The notes below the pieces were generated by a model, which saw only the letters and a program-made list of their open reading frames with translations, made no database searches and was not told the origin of the DNA. The translations under genes were made by a program, and so were the position numbers. A stretch of 64,000 bases of DNA from NCBI GenBank assembly GCA_035403785.1, contig DAONFW010000003.1:14009-78008 (forward strand), written 5' to 3'. Below are positions 1 through 9,669 of this stretch, piece by piece; the stretch's first letter is position 1; each line of letters starts with the position of its first letter. The stretch comes from Minisyncoccota bacterium (GTDB lineage: Bacteria; Patescibacteriota; Minisyncoccia; Phycocordibacterales; UBA9973).

Positions 1-724
1 GAGTGGATCCCATTTTTACCACTGCGTTTGAAAGATTAATGCTCTTTGTATAGGCATATGATGATTTTGAAAAATCAGAGGCATCTGCTGATCCAACTTT
101 TGTTGAACCCATGTAAATATCTACTGAGTCTACATAGTTAGTTAAACGATATGGACTATCAGGAGCATCCTTATTTTCTAATTTCAACTTAAGATTTGTT
201 ATAGCAATGTCAGAATCAGAAGCTTCTACTTTGAATCCAAGCATTTTTGTTGCTTGACCTTCAATAGCTACATCTTCTACATCTGATGATGTCTGATTAA
301 CATCAATACTTCCAGCTCCACCACTCAATGTTGTTGAAGTTGTAGTAGCTGTACATGGTGCTCCAGTTGTTGAACTGAATAATGCGCCTGCTGTACATCC
401 TGCTGGCAATGTTGTTGTAGTTGTAGTTAATCCTAGAGCTGCTTTTGTAAGAGCTCCTACTTTTCCGTCAGCTAATAATGAATTTGCTGTTTGAAAAGCT
501 TTAACTTTTCCATCTGTAATTGATCCGAAATATCCTGTAACTGGAGTAACACCTAACTTTGTCTGAAGACATGTTACGGCTGTTCCAGTACTTCCTTTCA
601 TCAAAGTTACTGTTCCCAAATCACATTCTGCAGCTTTAACTGTTGAAGAAACAACAGCGAAACCTACGAACATAACTGCGAAAATCATAACTCCTAGAAG
701 GATTTTTGATTTTAATAATTTCAT
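1..724 (-). CDS. Secreted protein, 5'-partial in the window (the start codon is at 724 and the C-terminus runs off the window edge); N-terminal signal peptide followed by a peptidoglycan-binding-like domain and a Thr/Ser-rich region
   Basis: Reverse-strand translation from the ATG at 724 reads MKLLKSKILLGVMIFAVMFVGFAVVSS... (signal peptide), then LMKGSTGTAVTCLQTKLGV...DGKVGALTKAALGL, which fits the PG_binding_1 pattern. Absent from the ORF track because the ORF is truncated by the window edge. Confidence 0.6.
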   Translation of the reverse strand, partial: MKLLKSKILLGVMIFAVMFVGFAVVSSTVKAAECDLGTVTLMKGSTGTAVTCLQTKLGVTPVTGYFGSITDGKVKAFQTANSLLADGKVGALTKAALGLTTTTTTLPAGCTAGALFSSTTGAPCTATTTSTTLSGGAGSIDVNQTSSDVEDVAIEGQATKMLGFKVEASDSDIAITNLKLKLENKDAPDSPYRLTNYVDSVDIYMGSTKVGSADASDFSKSSYAYTKSINLSNAVVKMGST

Positions 725-1292
725 AATAATTATTTTTTTAATCCTCGCGACCCTGCTTCTCACTAGTCTAAATTTTATTTTTAGAAAAAGAAAAAACAGA
801 AACGAGTTTTATATGCCATTAATTAGTTTCGACTTGCTTTAAACTTTTATTGTAAAAAGCAAAACTAAAAGCATATATATTTTTTCTATCATTATTCTTT
901 ATTACCAAATTTAAGTGATAATAAAAAAATAATGAAAAGAGGTAAATTAATGAAAACTAATTTTTCACACGAAAAAAATTTCGTGAGAATTTTTTGTATT
1001 TAGTTTTCAATGATCATTCTCCTTCAAAATTTTTTCGACGAAATTTTGAACGAAAATTTTGTGCACGTAAAACTACTTCATAAACAAATAGTTCACAAGC
1101 ACATTATTATTATAATATTTACCGCAAAGAGCGGCAAAATATTATGTGGATAACTAGAGCTCGAAAGCTCCGTACCCTGCATATATATTCGCATATTTTT
1201 GTCGAAAATGCAAATACGCAGGATCATAGATATAGACGTTCTTGAGTAAAATTTATTACACTCAAAAACTTATAAAAATAGATTTCGGCTTT

Positions 1293-2252
1293 TTACAAGA
1301 AATATCTGCTCCAGCGCTTCTCCCCAGCCTTCTTAAGGACACCATCATTCACCATAGCAATGAGTTCTCTTTGGAGTGTCTTTTCGCCACATTTGGCTAG
1401 TGACCCGTAAGCCGCCTTCTTGATGTCTGTTATTGTAGCTTCTTTCTTGTCTTTTATTATCTTAACAATAATATCTCTTCTTTCTTTCTTTAAGTTATCA
1501 AACCCCGAACGAAAGCTTTTGGCTTCATACGGGGCATGATTTACTCTATTGGACATGCTACTTTTTTCAAAAGTTTTTATATTTTTTATATCTTTGATGT
1601 CTTTTATTGCCTTCATCAAGGTGCTACCTTTTTGGACACCAATTCTCATACTATTAGCATGAGAGGTTGATATGTTTTTTTGAGCTACTTGTTGTCTGTT
1701 AGAAATTTCTTTTTTGTTTTCTGTTGAGAAACTATTTTCTTTACTACTTCCCGCTTGTGAACCGGCAGCTAGTCTAGCTTCTGAATTTAATTCTGTTTCT
1801 TCTGTTTGGTTTGTGTTATATAAATTTTGATTCAAAAAGTCTGCGATCAAAATAGGATTATTATTTTTAACTAAAGAATCTCTTAAATTTATAAATTCTT
1901 TTTTTAGGATAGAATAATTCATTTCGGAAATCATTCGAATGGTTGAAGCTAGCTCCAAAAAGGACACGACTTCTGAAATTCTGCTTATATTTTTACTTAT
2001 TAAATTTGAGTCTGTCCTATATGAGACAACGTGCATGTCTGATAGAATATCTGTCCCAGCAGACCTTAATTTGTTACGTAATGGCTCGTCTTTGTCCATT
2101 ATGTCTGTGACCATATAAAGGGCAGTAATGAGTTTGTTTGTTTTAGAATTTAAGCTGATAAAAATGTTCTCCTTGTCATAAGAAACAATAGAAGAGGAGG
2201 TGTCTTTTATAATGTTTTCCGAACTGTTGTTATCACCTATCATAATGTCCAT
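1293..2252 (-). CDS. Hypothetical protein with a C-terminal winged-helix/HTH-like domain (possible DNA-binding regulator)
   Basis: The ORF-track ORF 1293..2303 begins with TTG inside the GC-hairpin element. The first in-frame ATG is at 2252 (MDIMIG...). The C-terminus ...ITDIKKAAYGSLAKCGEKTLQRELIAMVNDGVLKKAGEKRWSRY resembles a wHTH. No other domain recognised. Confidence 0.5.
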   Translation of the reverse strand: MDIMIGDNNSSENIIKDTSSSIVSYDKENIFISLNSKTNKLITALYMVTDIMDKDEPLRNKLRSAGTDILSDMHVVSYRTDSNLISKNISRISEVVSFLELASTIRMISEMNYSILKKEFINLRDSLVKNNNPILIADFLNQNLYNTNQTEETELNSEARLAAGSQAGSSKENSFSTENKKEISNRQQVAQKNISTSHANSMRIGVQKGSTLMKAIKDIKDIKNIKTFEKSSMSNRVNHAPYEAKSFRSGFDNLKKERRDIIVKIIKDKKEATITDIKKAAYGSLAKCGEKTLQRELIAMVNDGVLKKAGEKRWSRYFL

Positions 2253-2288
2253 TATTATATCTATCGGACGAGAGAAGTCAAATATTTT

Positions 2289-2403
2289 CCCCTCCTTGAT
2301 CAAGGAGGGGCTAGGGGTGGTAATTCTAAAAAATCACCACCTTGCTCCGACAAAAGTCGGAGCACTCCTCCTCAACAAGGAGGAGAAAAAAGAAAATTTT
2401 ATT
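2289..2403 (-). repeat. Four-hairpin GC-rich structured element, copy A (SD/anti-SD-like arms); on the minus strand it lies 36 nt 5' of the gene start at 2252
   Basis: CCCCTCCTTGATCAAGGAGGGG, GGTGGTAATTCTAAAAAATCACCACC, GCTCCGACAAAAGTCGGAGC, CTCCTCCTCAACAAGGAGGAG then an A/T tail. A second copy is at 10046-10149. Confidence 0.6.
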
Positions 2404-2463
2404 TAAAGTTTTTACTAATTTTTGCAAATTTCAAAAAAGGGTAAAAAATGATAAAATTAGCAA

Positions 2464-4689
2464 ATGGCAAAAACCGAAAAAAAATTAGATAAAAAAAATA
2501 CTTCTCAAAAGAAAAACGTTAAACTTAAAACAGAAACTAAACACAAAATTCTCGCAGTTATATTTTTTGTTTTAGCAATTATTTTCTCTATGTCTGCTTT
2601 CTCGGGAGCTGGACCTGCGGGAGAATTTATTTATAAAATTTTTTATTTCTTATTTGGTTTTGGTTACGCTCTTTTGCCAATTTTATTTTTACTTTTGGGA
2701 TCATCTTTTATCAAATCAGAAAGACCAAATATCGGTTGGCCTCGCACGATAAGCGCACTGTTATTTTTGCTTTCAGGACTCGGAATGATCACAATTGCGG
2801 CAGGAGAATCTGGAAAAACTTATGGTGGATTTTTTGGAAAAGTTTTAGCAAATCCATTAGTCGCTTTATTCGATGTTTATGCAAGTATCTTTTTCCTTGG
2901 GGCTCTTTTGATTATCTCTCTTTTGGTAATGTTTGATACAAAACCTGAATTTGCATTCTTGAGTAAAATTTGGAATTGGTTAAAAGGAAAAAAAGTTGCG
3001 AGAGAAAATATTGCAGAAGAAGAGGTTGAAGAAACAGAAGAAGAAATTCCAGAAGAAACGATTGCTGAAGAAGTTATTGAAGAAGAAAAAGAAACAGCTG
3101 GAAGTAAACTCAAAAAAGCTTTGGGTGTTGGCAAGAAAGAAAAAAAAGACGAGCCAGAAGAAGAAATTCAAATAAAAAAGAGAAAATTTGTCTCAAATTC
3201 TGCTTATGTTCCACCACCACTTTCTTTGCTCGAAGAAGATAAAGGCAAACCAAATACGGGAGACGTGAAAGCTAACGCAAATATAATAAAACGCACACTT
3301 GCAAACTTCGGTATTGAAGTAGAAATGGATGAAATAACTGTAGGACCAACTGTTACACGTTACGCTTTGAAACCAGCTGAAGGGGTAAAACTTTCTAGAA
3401 TAGTTGGCTTGCAAAATGACCTGGCTCTAGCGCTAGCCGCTCACCCGATTAGAATAGAAGCTCCAATCCCTGGAAAATCTTTAGTCGGTATCGAAATACC
3501 TAACAAATCTAAATCTATTGTCGGTTTGGCTACATTGCTTTCTGAAGATAAATTCCAGCACTCACAGAAGCCGCTCACCGTGGCGCTCGGAAGAAGTATC
3601 TCTGGCCGAGGATCTTTTGGAAACTTAGCAAAAATGCCACACTGTCTAGTCGCTGGAACTACTGGATCTGGAAAATCTGTAACTATTCACGCTATTATTA
3701 CTTCCCTACTATATAGAAACGGTCCAGAAGATTTAAAATTTATCTTGATAGACCCAAAAAGAGTTGAATTAACGCTTTATAACAAAATTCCACACTTGCT
3801 TACTCCAGTTATTACTGATGCAAAGAAGGCTATTCTTGCTTTGAAATGGGCTGCTAAAGAAATGGATAGACGTTATGACATATTAGAAGCAGAATCTGTT
3901 CGTGATATCGAGTCTTATCACAATAATGTATTGGCTAAAAGTGAAAAGAAAGTGAAAGTAACCGAAAATGGCCAAGAAATCGAAGAACAAGCAGACAAAA
4001 TGCCTTATATTGTAATAATAATCGACGAATTGGCTGATATCATGACTGCTTACCCAAGAGAGCTGGAAGCAGCTATCGTAAGATTAGCCCAAATGTCCCG
4101 TGCCGTTGGAATTCATCTTATTCTTTCTACTCAAAGACCAGAAGTGAACGTTATTACTGGTTTGATTAAGGCAAACGTTCCAGCTCGTGTAGCATTGAAA
4201 GTGTCTTCACAGATAGATTCTAGAACTATTCTTGATGCCGGAGGGGCTGAAAAGCTTTTGGGAGCTGGAGATATGCTTTATTCTTCAGGTGAAGCTCAGC
4301 CAGAACGTTTGCAATCAGCCTTTATTTCAGAACCAGAAGTGAAAAAAGTAGTGAAATATTTAGTTGATAATTACAAAGACGAACTTATGGAAGAAATAAA
4401 CTTAACTTCTGGCTCTATCTCTGCTGATAAAAGTATTTTTGAAAGCACTTTAGACGATAGTGGCGATAATGACGACGAAATGTACGAAGAAGCTAGAGCT
4501 TGCATAATAGAAGCAGGCAAAGCCTCTACTTCTTATTTGCAAAGAAAATTAAAATTGGGCTACGCTCGCGCAGCTAGATTGATGGATATGTTGGAAGAAA
4601 GAGGCGTTATCGGCCCAGCAGATGGAGCAAAACCAAGAGAAGTACTAGAAAAAATTCAACACGACGAAAACGGAAATAATGTGATGTAA
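2464..4689 (+). CDS. ftsK: DNA translocase FtsK/SpoIIIE
   Basis: N-terminal TM helices; Walker A GTTGSGKSV; C-terminal gamma wHTH ...YLQRKLKLGYARAARLMDMLEERGVI. Confidence 0.92.
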   Translation: MAKTEKKLDKKNTSQKKNVKLKTETKHKILAVIFFVLAIIFSMSAFSGAGPAGEFIYKIFYFLFGFGYALLPILFLLLGSSFIKSERPNIGWPRTISALLFLLSGLGMITIAAGESGKTYGGFFGKVLANPLVALFDVYASIFFLGALLIISLLVMFDTKPEFAFLSKIWNWLKGKKVARENIAEEEVEETEEEIPEETIAEEVIEEEKETAGSKLKKALGVGKKEKKDEPEEEIQIKKRKFVSNSAYVPPPLSLLEEDKGKPNTGDVKANANIIKRTLANFGIEVEMDEITVGPTVTRYALKPAEGVKLSRIVGLQNDLALALAAHPIRIEAPIPGKSLVGIEIPNKSKSIVGLATLLSEDKFQHSQKPLTVALGRSISGRGSFGNLAKMPHCLVAGTTGSGKSVTIHAIITSLLYRNGPEDLKFILIDPKRVELTLYNKIPHLLTPVITDAKKAILALKWAAKEMDRRYDILEAESVRDIESYHNNVLAKSEKKVKVTENGQEIEEQADKMPYIVIIIDELADIMTAYPRELEAAIVRLAQMSRAVGIHLILSTQRPEVNVITGLIKANVPARVALKVSSQIDSRTILDAGGAEKLLGAGDMLYSSGEAQPERLQSAFISEPEVKKVVKYLVDNYKDELMEEINLTSGSISADKSIFESTLDDSGDNDDEMYEEARACIIEAGKASTSYLQRKLKLGYARAARLMDMLEERGVIGPADGAKPREVLEKIQHDENGNNVM

Positions 4690-4761
4690 TGTAAGCTAAC
4701 CAAGCAAAACTAAACAAAACATAAATTAATTAAAATTATTAAAGCAAAAGCAGAAAAGCAA

Positions 4762-5172
4762 ATGAGACCAGACGCAAAAAAAATAGTAAAAATATCTTCT
4801 CTAATAGTTTTATTTCTTTTTATTTTAGTTTATGCTTTTATTCGTTCTTGGGGATTAATATTTGGATTAAAAATCAAAAATGTAAGTATTTCTAACGGTG
4901 CAACTTATACGGAAAGTATATTAAACGTAACAGGAAATGCAAAACATGCTGTTTTATTAACCCTTAATGATCGAGAAATATCTATCAATCAAAAAGGAGA
5001 TTTTAATGAGACAATTTCCCTTCTCCCAGGTTATAATACTATCAGTTTGAAAGCCAAAGATAAGTTTGGTAATAGTGATGAAAAAGATTATCAATTAATT
5101 TATAAATTAGAAAATAACATTATTAATAACAATGTAGAAAATACGGTTTCAGCTGAACCTGCAAACCAGTAG
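4762..5172 (+). CDS. Hypothetical membrane-anchored protein
   Basis: 136-aa ORF with an N-terminal TM helix ([14 protein letters not shown]), lying between ftsK and recA. No recognisable domain. Confidence 0.45.
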   Translation: MRPDAKKIVKISSLIVLFLFILVYAFIRSWGLIFGLKIKNVSISNGATYTESILNVTGNAKHAVLLTLNDREISINQKGDFNETISLLPGYNTISLKAKDKFGNSDEKDYQLIYKLENNIINNNVENTVSAEPANQ

Positions 5173-5185
5173 TTTCAAAAAAATT

Positions 5186-6268
5186 ATGGCAAAAAAAGTT
5201 AAAGAAAAAGTGACAAAAACAAAAAGCAGCGAAGAAAAAGCAGAAAACAAAGGAAGTTCAGCTGAGCTTCAAAACACAATCAAGTCTATCCAAACAAAAT
5301 TTGGTGAAGGAGCAATCATGATGCTGGGTGACAAACCAAAAGTTGGCGTGAGTGCTATTTCTACCGGTTCTATCGGATTGGATATGGCGTTGGGTGTGGG
5401 CGGAGTACCAAGAGGCAGAATAATAGAAATATTTGGGCCAGAAGCTTCTGGAAAAACAACTCTTGCATTACACATCGTAGCAGAGGCGCAAAAAGCTGGT
5501 GGTGTCTGCGCATATATCGATGCTGAACATGCAATGGATCCGATTTACGCTAAAAACTTGGGAGTTAAAACAGACGAACTTTTGATTTCTCAACCTGACA
5601 CTGGTGAAGAAGGATTAGAAATCTGTGAATCTTTGGTTCGTTCTGGAAAAATCGATGTAGTAGTCGTAGACTCAGTCGCAGCACTTACTCCAAAAGATGA
5701 AATCGAAGGAGATATGGGACAGGCTCACATTGGAAGACAAGCAAGACTTATGTCTCACGCTTTGAGAAAACTTACAGCAATCGTGGCAAAATCAAAAACT
5801 GTAGTTATTTTTATTAACCAAATCAGAATGCAAATCGGCGTAATGTTTGGTAATCCAGAAACAACTCCAGGAGGAAAAGCTTTGAAATTCTACACTTCTG
5901 TCAGATTTGATATCAGAAGAATTGCACAGATTAAGAAAGGAGATCAAGTAGTTGGCGGTAGAACCAGAGTAAAAATAGTAAAAAACAAAGTCGCAGCACC
6001 ATTCAAACAAACAGAATTTGATATTATCTACGGCGAAGGAATTTCTCACGAAGGAGAACTAATGGCTCTCGGAGAAAAAATCGGAATCATAGAAAAATCT
6101 GGAGCTTCTTATTCATATAAATCAGAAAAAGAAGGCAAAATGCCAATGGGCCGTGGTTATGATGCGACAAGAACTTATCTAAAAGAAAATCCAAAAATAG
6201 CTAAAGAAATCGAGAAAGAAATCAAAAATAGATTCAACGAAATCCAAGTTGCTAGTGCTAGCGAATAG
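5186..6268 (+). CDS. recA: Recombinase RecA
   Basis: [36 protein letters not shown]; full-length RecA core. Confidence 0.95.
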   Translation: MAKKVKEKVTKTKSSEEKAENKGSSAELQNTIKSIQTKFGEGAIMMLGDKPKVGVSAISTGSIGLDMALGVGGVPRGRIIEIFGPEASGKTTLALHIVAEAQKAGGVCAYIDAEHAMDPIYAKNLGVKTDELLISQPDTGEEGLEICESLVRSGKIDVVVVDSVAALTPKDEIEGDMGQAHIGRQARLMSHALRKLTAIVAKSKTVVIFINQIRMQIGVMFGNPETTPGGKALKFYTSVRFDIRRIAQIKKGDQVVGGRTRVKIVKNKVAAPFKQTEFDIIYGEGISHEGELMALGEKIGIIEKSGASYSYKSEKEGKMPMGRGYDATRTYLKENPKIAKEIEKEIKNRFNEIQVASASE

Positions 6269-6361
6269 CCAAAAATAACCTATAAATAACTAACCGGGTT
6301 GATTTTAATCCTATTTCTGTTAGTATTTTGATATTAAAACTTAATCAAAAAAAATTAAATT

Positions 6362-6946
6362 ATGCTCGCTTATAACGAAATTAGAGAGAAAAAAATAATA
6401 ATCTATGATGATGAACCTTGCGAAGTTGTAGATTCTCACGTTGCTAGAACACAACAGAGAAAGCCACAAAATCAGGTTAAATTAAAAAGTTTAATCTCCG
6501 GCAAGACTATTGCAGCAACTTTCCACGTTTCTGACACAGCCGACGAAGCTGATATAGAAAAAAGAGATGTGATGTTCTTGTACCAGAACAAAGGTGAATT
6601 TTGGTTCTGTGATCCAAAAGATAAAGCCAACAGATTCAAAATTGATGCTTCGATTATAGATTCTATTACTGCAAAGTTCTTAAAACCAAATGAAAACGCT
6701 TCAGCTCTAGTTTGGACAAATGAAGACGAAGAAGAAAAAATAATTGGTGTAAAACTTCCAATCAAAATGGAATTCAAAGTGAAAGAAGCTCCTCCAGCAG
6801 TCCGAGGCGATACTTCTAAAGGCGGAAACAAAATAATTACTTTAGAAAACGGCGCAACAATCACAGCTCCAATGTTTATCTCAGAAGGTGAAATAATCAG
6901 AGTAAACACAGAAACCGGTGAATACGTAGAAAGAGTAAATAATTAA
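6362..6946 (+). CDS. efp: Elongation factor P
   Basis: EF-P N-terminal pattern ...VVDSHVARTQQRKPQNQVKLKSLISGKTIAATF...; about 190 aa. Confidence 0.88.
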   Translation: MLAYNEIREKKIIIYDDEPCEVVDSHVARTQQRKPQNQVKLKSLISGKTIAATFHVSDTADEADIEKRDVMFLYQNKGEFWFCDPKDKANRFKIDASIIDSITAKFLKPNENASALVWTNEDEEEKIIGVKLPIKMEFKVKEAPPAVRGDTSKGGNKIITLENGATITAPMFISEGEIIRVNTETGEYVERVNN

Positions 6947-6960
6947 ATTAATCTTAAACT

Positions 6961-6993
6961 AAAAAATCCGCAGATTTATCTGCGGATTTTTTA
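6961..6993. terminator. Bidirectional rho-independent terminator between efp (+) and rpsR (-)
   Basis: AAAAAATCCGCAGA-TTTA-TCTGCGGATTTTTT: perfect 9-bp stem flanked by A- and T-tracts. Confidence 0.75.
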
Positions 6994-6999
6994 GTTTCT

Positions 7000-7200
7000 T
7001 TATCTAGCTACGAAAGGTAACAAACCTAGAAAACGAGCTCTTTTGATTGCTAGAGCTAATTTTCTTTGATTTTTAGAATTAACTCCTGTTCTCTTGTGCT
7101 TCATTATCTTTCCGTTAGGGTTCAAAAACTTTTTCAAGATTTCTACATCCTTGTAGTCTATGTGTTTTATATTATTTGATGAAAAATAATCTTGCTTCAT
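7000..7200 (-). CDS. rpsR: 30S ribosomal protein S18
   Basis: ...[22 protein letters not shown] matches the S18 signature. Confidence 0.9.
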   Translation of the reverse strand: MKQDYFSSNNIKHIDYKDVEILKKFLNPNGKIMKHKRTGVNSKNQRKLALAIKRARFLGLLPFVAR

Positions 7201-7252
7201 AATTTTAATTAACTTTTATTTTGAATTTAGTTTAATTAGACTTTAGATTAGA

Positions 7253-7705
7253 CTAAAATGGAATATCTTCTGGATTTATATCTTCTTCTGGATATTCTAT
7301 TGTGTCTACTTCTTCTGCGCTCGACTGTGCTGAAGATTGGCTTGCACTAGCTGTTTGATTAAAACCACTTGCGCCACCCTTTGGACCAAACTGTACTCTA
7401 TCTGCAATAATTTCAGTTCTATATTTCTTTTCACCTGTGCTCTTGTCATCCCAACTTCTTGTCTGCATTCTTCCCTCAACTAACATTGAGTTCCCTTTTT
7501 TCATATACTGAGCAACAGTTTCTGCTTGGCGACCAAAAACTACAACATTGTGATAATCAGCAGATTCCTGTCTTGTGCCGTTTTTGTCTTTCCAAACTCT
7601 ATTTGTTGCTAATGAAAAAGAACAAACTTTGATACCAGATGGCAAAGAGCGAAGTTCTGGATCACGAGTTAGATTTCCTATAATAATTGCTTTGTTTAGA
7701 TACAT
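7253..7705 (-). CDS. ssb: Single-stranded DNA-binding protein
   Basis: OB-fold N-terminus; acidic C-terminus ending DIPF; classic rpsF-ssb-rpsR arrangement. Confidence 0.9.
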   Translation of the reverse strand: MYLNKAIIIGNLTRDPELRSLPSGIKVCSFSLATNRVWKDKNGTRQESADYHNVVVFGRQAETVAQYMKKGNSMLVEGRMQTRSWDDKSTGEKKYRTEIIADRVQFGPKGGASGFNQTASASQSSAQSSAEEVDTIEYPEEDINPEDIPF

Positions 7706-7761
7706 ATATTTGATTTATTTTTATTTTAAATTCTCACCACTGGGTGAGACGCTAATAATTT

Positions 7762-8247
7762 TTACTCAGCAACCATAGCGTCGATTTCTTTATCGACTTC
7801 TTCTTTATTTATTTCTGTTGGAACTTCTTCTGAACCGTCTTCTTTTTTAACAGTTACAGGAGCTTTTCTCTTCAAACCTTCTCTACTTGCAAACTTTTTG
7901 CTTGCAATAGTGTTTTCTTTCACAGTTTTTATAATCAAGAATCTGATTATTTTTGGATCGAAATCGAGTTTCTTTTTTAAATCTGTGATTTTATCCGCAT
8001 CCATAAAGAATTTTGTCCAGCCAAAATAAGCTGTATCAAATTTATTCTTTACGTTTTGAATAGTCTTACTCATTGTGTAAGCAAGATTAGTCATTTTTGG
8101 CATTTCATCTGAAATTACTTCTCCGCCCAAAGAAGCAACTAGCTCCTTCATGTCTCCATAGACAGTTGGAACTTCCTCTTCAGACAAAGTAGGAACTAAA
8201 AGAAAGCCTACTTCGTAAACCTTAGAGTCTTTAATATTTTCTTCCAT
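7762..8247 (-). CDS. rpsF: 30S ribosomal protein S6 with a C-terminal charged extension
   Basis: YEVGFLLVPTLSEEE... S6-like N-terminus; operon context with ssb and rpsR. Confidence 0.85.
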   Translation of the reverse strand: MEENIKDSKVYEVGFLLVPTLSEEEVPTVYGDMKELVASLGGEVISDEMPKMTNLAYTMSKTIQNVKNKFDTAYFGWTKFFMDADKITDLKKKLDFDPKIIRFLIIKTVKENTIASKKFASREGLKRKAPVTVKKEDGSEEVPTEINKEEVDKEIDAMVAE

Positions 8248-8282
8248 TATTTGCTATTAAATTTAACTTTTTCTTATAAAAT

Positions 8283-8336
8283 CTCATTATGGACCTTTGT
8301 GAACTGGATTCAGTGCCAGTTCAAATGAGACATAAT
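8283..8336 (-). promoter_or_regulatory. Structured 5' leader of rpsF (nested/alternative hairpins)
   Basis: TCTCATT(8283-8289)/AATGAGA(8324-8330) encloses GAACTGG/CCAGTTC. ATTATG(8287-8292)/CATAAT(8331-8336) gives an alternative pairing. Confidence 0.3.
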
Positions 8337-8386
8337 CAGATTAACAAGAATTCTGCAAAAAGTAAAGTTTAAGCAAATTAGTTATT

Positions 8387-9235
8387 TTAAACCCCAAAAA
8401 GCCTTTTCGCGTTCTCCACAATAGCTTTAGCCACTATTTCTTCCTCAAGATTTTTAATTTCAGCGATTTTTTTCACTATTTCTTTCACATAAACCGGTTC
8501 GTTGCGTTCTCCCCTGTGCGGCACCGGCGCAAGATACGGGCTGTCAGTATCGGTTAGAATTTTATCAAGTGGCGTAGATTTTATGATTTCTTCATAATCT
8601 GGAAATCCAGCTTTCTTTTTGTAAGTAATATTCCCGGCAAAAGAAATATAAATTCCTAAATCTACAAATCTTTTCATATCTTCAAGATTTCCACCGAAAC
8701 AATGCGAAACGCCCTTAATATTTTTATAATTTTTCAAAATTTCAGCTATATCTGCATAAGCATTGTGACTTGTGTCGGTTGGATTGTTGCGAATGTGCAA
8801 CATTAATGGCTTATCAACTTCCAGAGCAAGCTCTATGTGATCTATAAAAACTTTTTTCTGTTTCTCGATAGATTCTTCGCTCATGTGATAATAATCCAAA
8901 CCGCATTCACCAATCGCAATTGTTTTTTTATCTTTTGCCAATTCTAAATATTTTTCTTTATCAAAAATTTCTCCGTGACTTTCAAAAGCAGGACCGGAAA
9001 TTTCTTCCTCATCGTGAAAACCTTCTTCAAGATGAATCGGGTGCAAACCAATACAAGCGTAAACACCAGTTTCATATTTGTTTGCAATTTCAACTGCTCT
9101 TTTCGAAGTACTGTACTGACTACCAACATTTGTTAAAAAAATATCATTATCAAGCGCACGCTGAATAACAACGTCTGCATAATCTTTGAATGATTTGAAA
9201 TTTATGTGCGCGTGTATGTCGAAGTATTTGGGCAT
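8387..9235 (-). CDS. tatD: TatD-family metal-dependent hydrolase (DNase)
   Basis: MPKYFDIHAHINF...; the HxH start and overall TIM-barrel hydrolase pattern of TatD/YcfH. Confidence 0.85.
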   Translation of the reverse strand: MPKYFDIHAHINFKSFKDYADVVIQRALDNDIFLTNVGSQYSTSKRAVEIANKYETGVYACIGLHPIHLEEGFHDEEEISGPAFESHGEIFDKEKYLELAKDKKTIAIGECGLDYYHMSEESIEKQKKVFIDHIELALEVDKPLMLHIRNNPTDTSHNAYADIAEILKNYKNIKGVSHCFGGNLEDMKRFVDLGIYISFAGNITYKKKAGFPDYEEIIKSTPLDKILTDTDSPYLAPVPHRGERNEPVYVKEIVKKIAEIKNLEEEIVAKAIVENAKRLFGV

Positions 9236-9239
9236 AAGA

Positions 9240-9665
9240 TTACTTATTTTTATTTACCATCTTTTCTAGCAACTTAATATCTTCCTGATCTTTTTCTCGA
9301 TTTAAAGCTTTCTTGAATTTTAAAAGTTCTTCTGGGCTCATAAAAGGTGTGCCTTTTATAACAACAGCAGAATTAATCGCTTGTTCAGAAGTTGTTTCAT
9401 ATTTTTCCCAATTTAATCTTGGAATAATAGTAAAAATATCTTTCTGTAAAAAGATCTGATCGTGAAGTTCTTCTTGTTTCCATGTTTGATCTTTTTTCAA
9501 CTCTTCATACAAATCTTTTGAAACAGCAATATCAATGTCACTAGCTGGTCTTATTCCTAAAGCATCGAGCAAACCACTACCAACAATCACATACTTACCA
9601 AAAGGTAAATTTAGCTCTTTGGTTTTTTCAAAAATATTAAATTTTTTATTTTCAAATTTTTCCAT
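9240..9665 (-). CDS. Putative nucleotidyltransferase-fold protein (minimal NTase)
   Basis: G-S-G x10 SDIDIAV fits the Pol-beta-type NTase motif hG[GS]...[DE]h[DE]h; 141 aa. Confidence 0.5.
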   Translation of the reverse strand: MEKFENKKFNIFEKTKELNLPFGKYVIVGSGLLDALGIRPASDIDIAVSKDLYEELKKDQTWKQEELHDQIFLQKDIFTIIPRLNWEKYETTSEQAINSAVVIKGTPFMSPEELLKFKKALNREKDQEDIKLLEKMVNKNK

Positions 9666-9669
9666 AAAT

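Noticed and set aside
725-1292. Chromosomal replication origin (oriC)
   Set aside because: Only one perfect DnaA box (TGTGGATAA at 1145-1153) was found and no other convincing ones. There is no adjacent dnaA/dnaN and no evident strand-bias switch in gene orientation here.
2289-2403. Resemblance of ATCACCACCTT / CCTCCTT within the hairpin element to the 3' end of 16S rRNA (GATCACCTCCTTA)
   Set aside because: The resemblance covers only the short CCTCC core plus a few flanking bases. No other 16S sequence is present, so this is not an rRNA fragment. The anti-SD-like content is recorded in the findings instead.
2200-3414. Small ORFs from the track overlapping ftsK or the structured element (2200..2406+, 2736..2936+, 2877..3134-, 2980..3171-, 3193..3414-)
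   Set aside because: All are embedded in or antisense to a confidently identified gene (ftsK) or lie in the GC-hairpin repeat. Their translations are low-complexity (poly-F/S) and typical of antisense frames of A-rich coding DNA.
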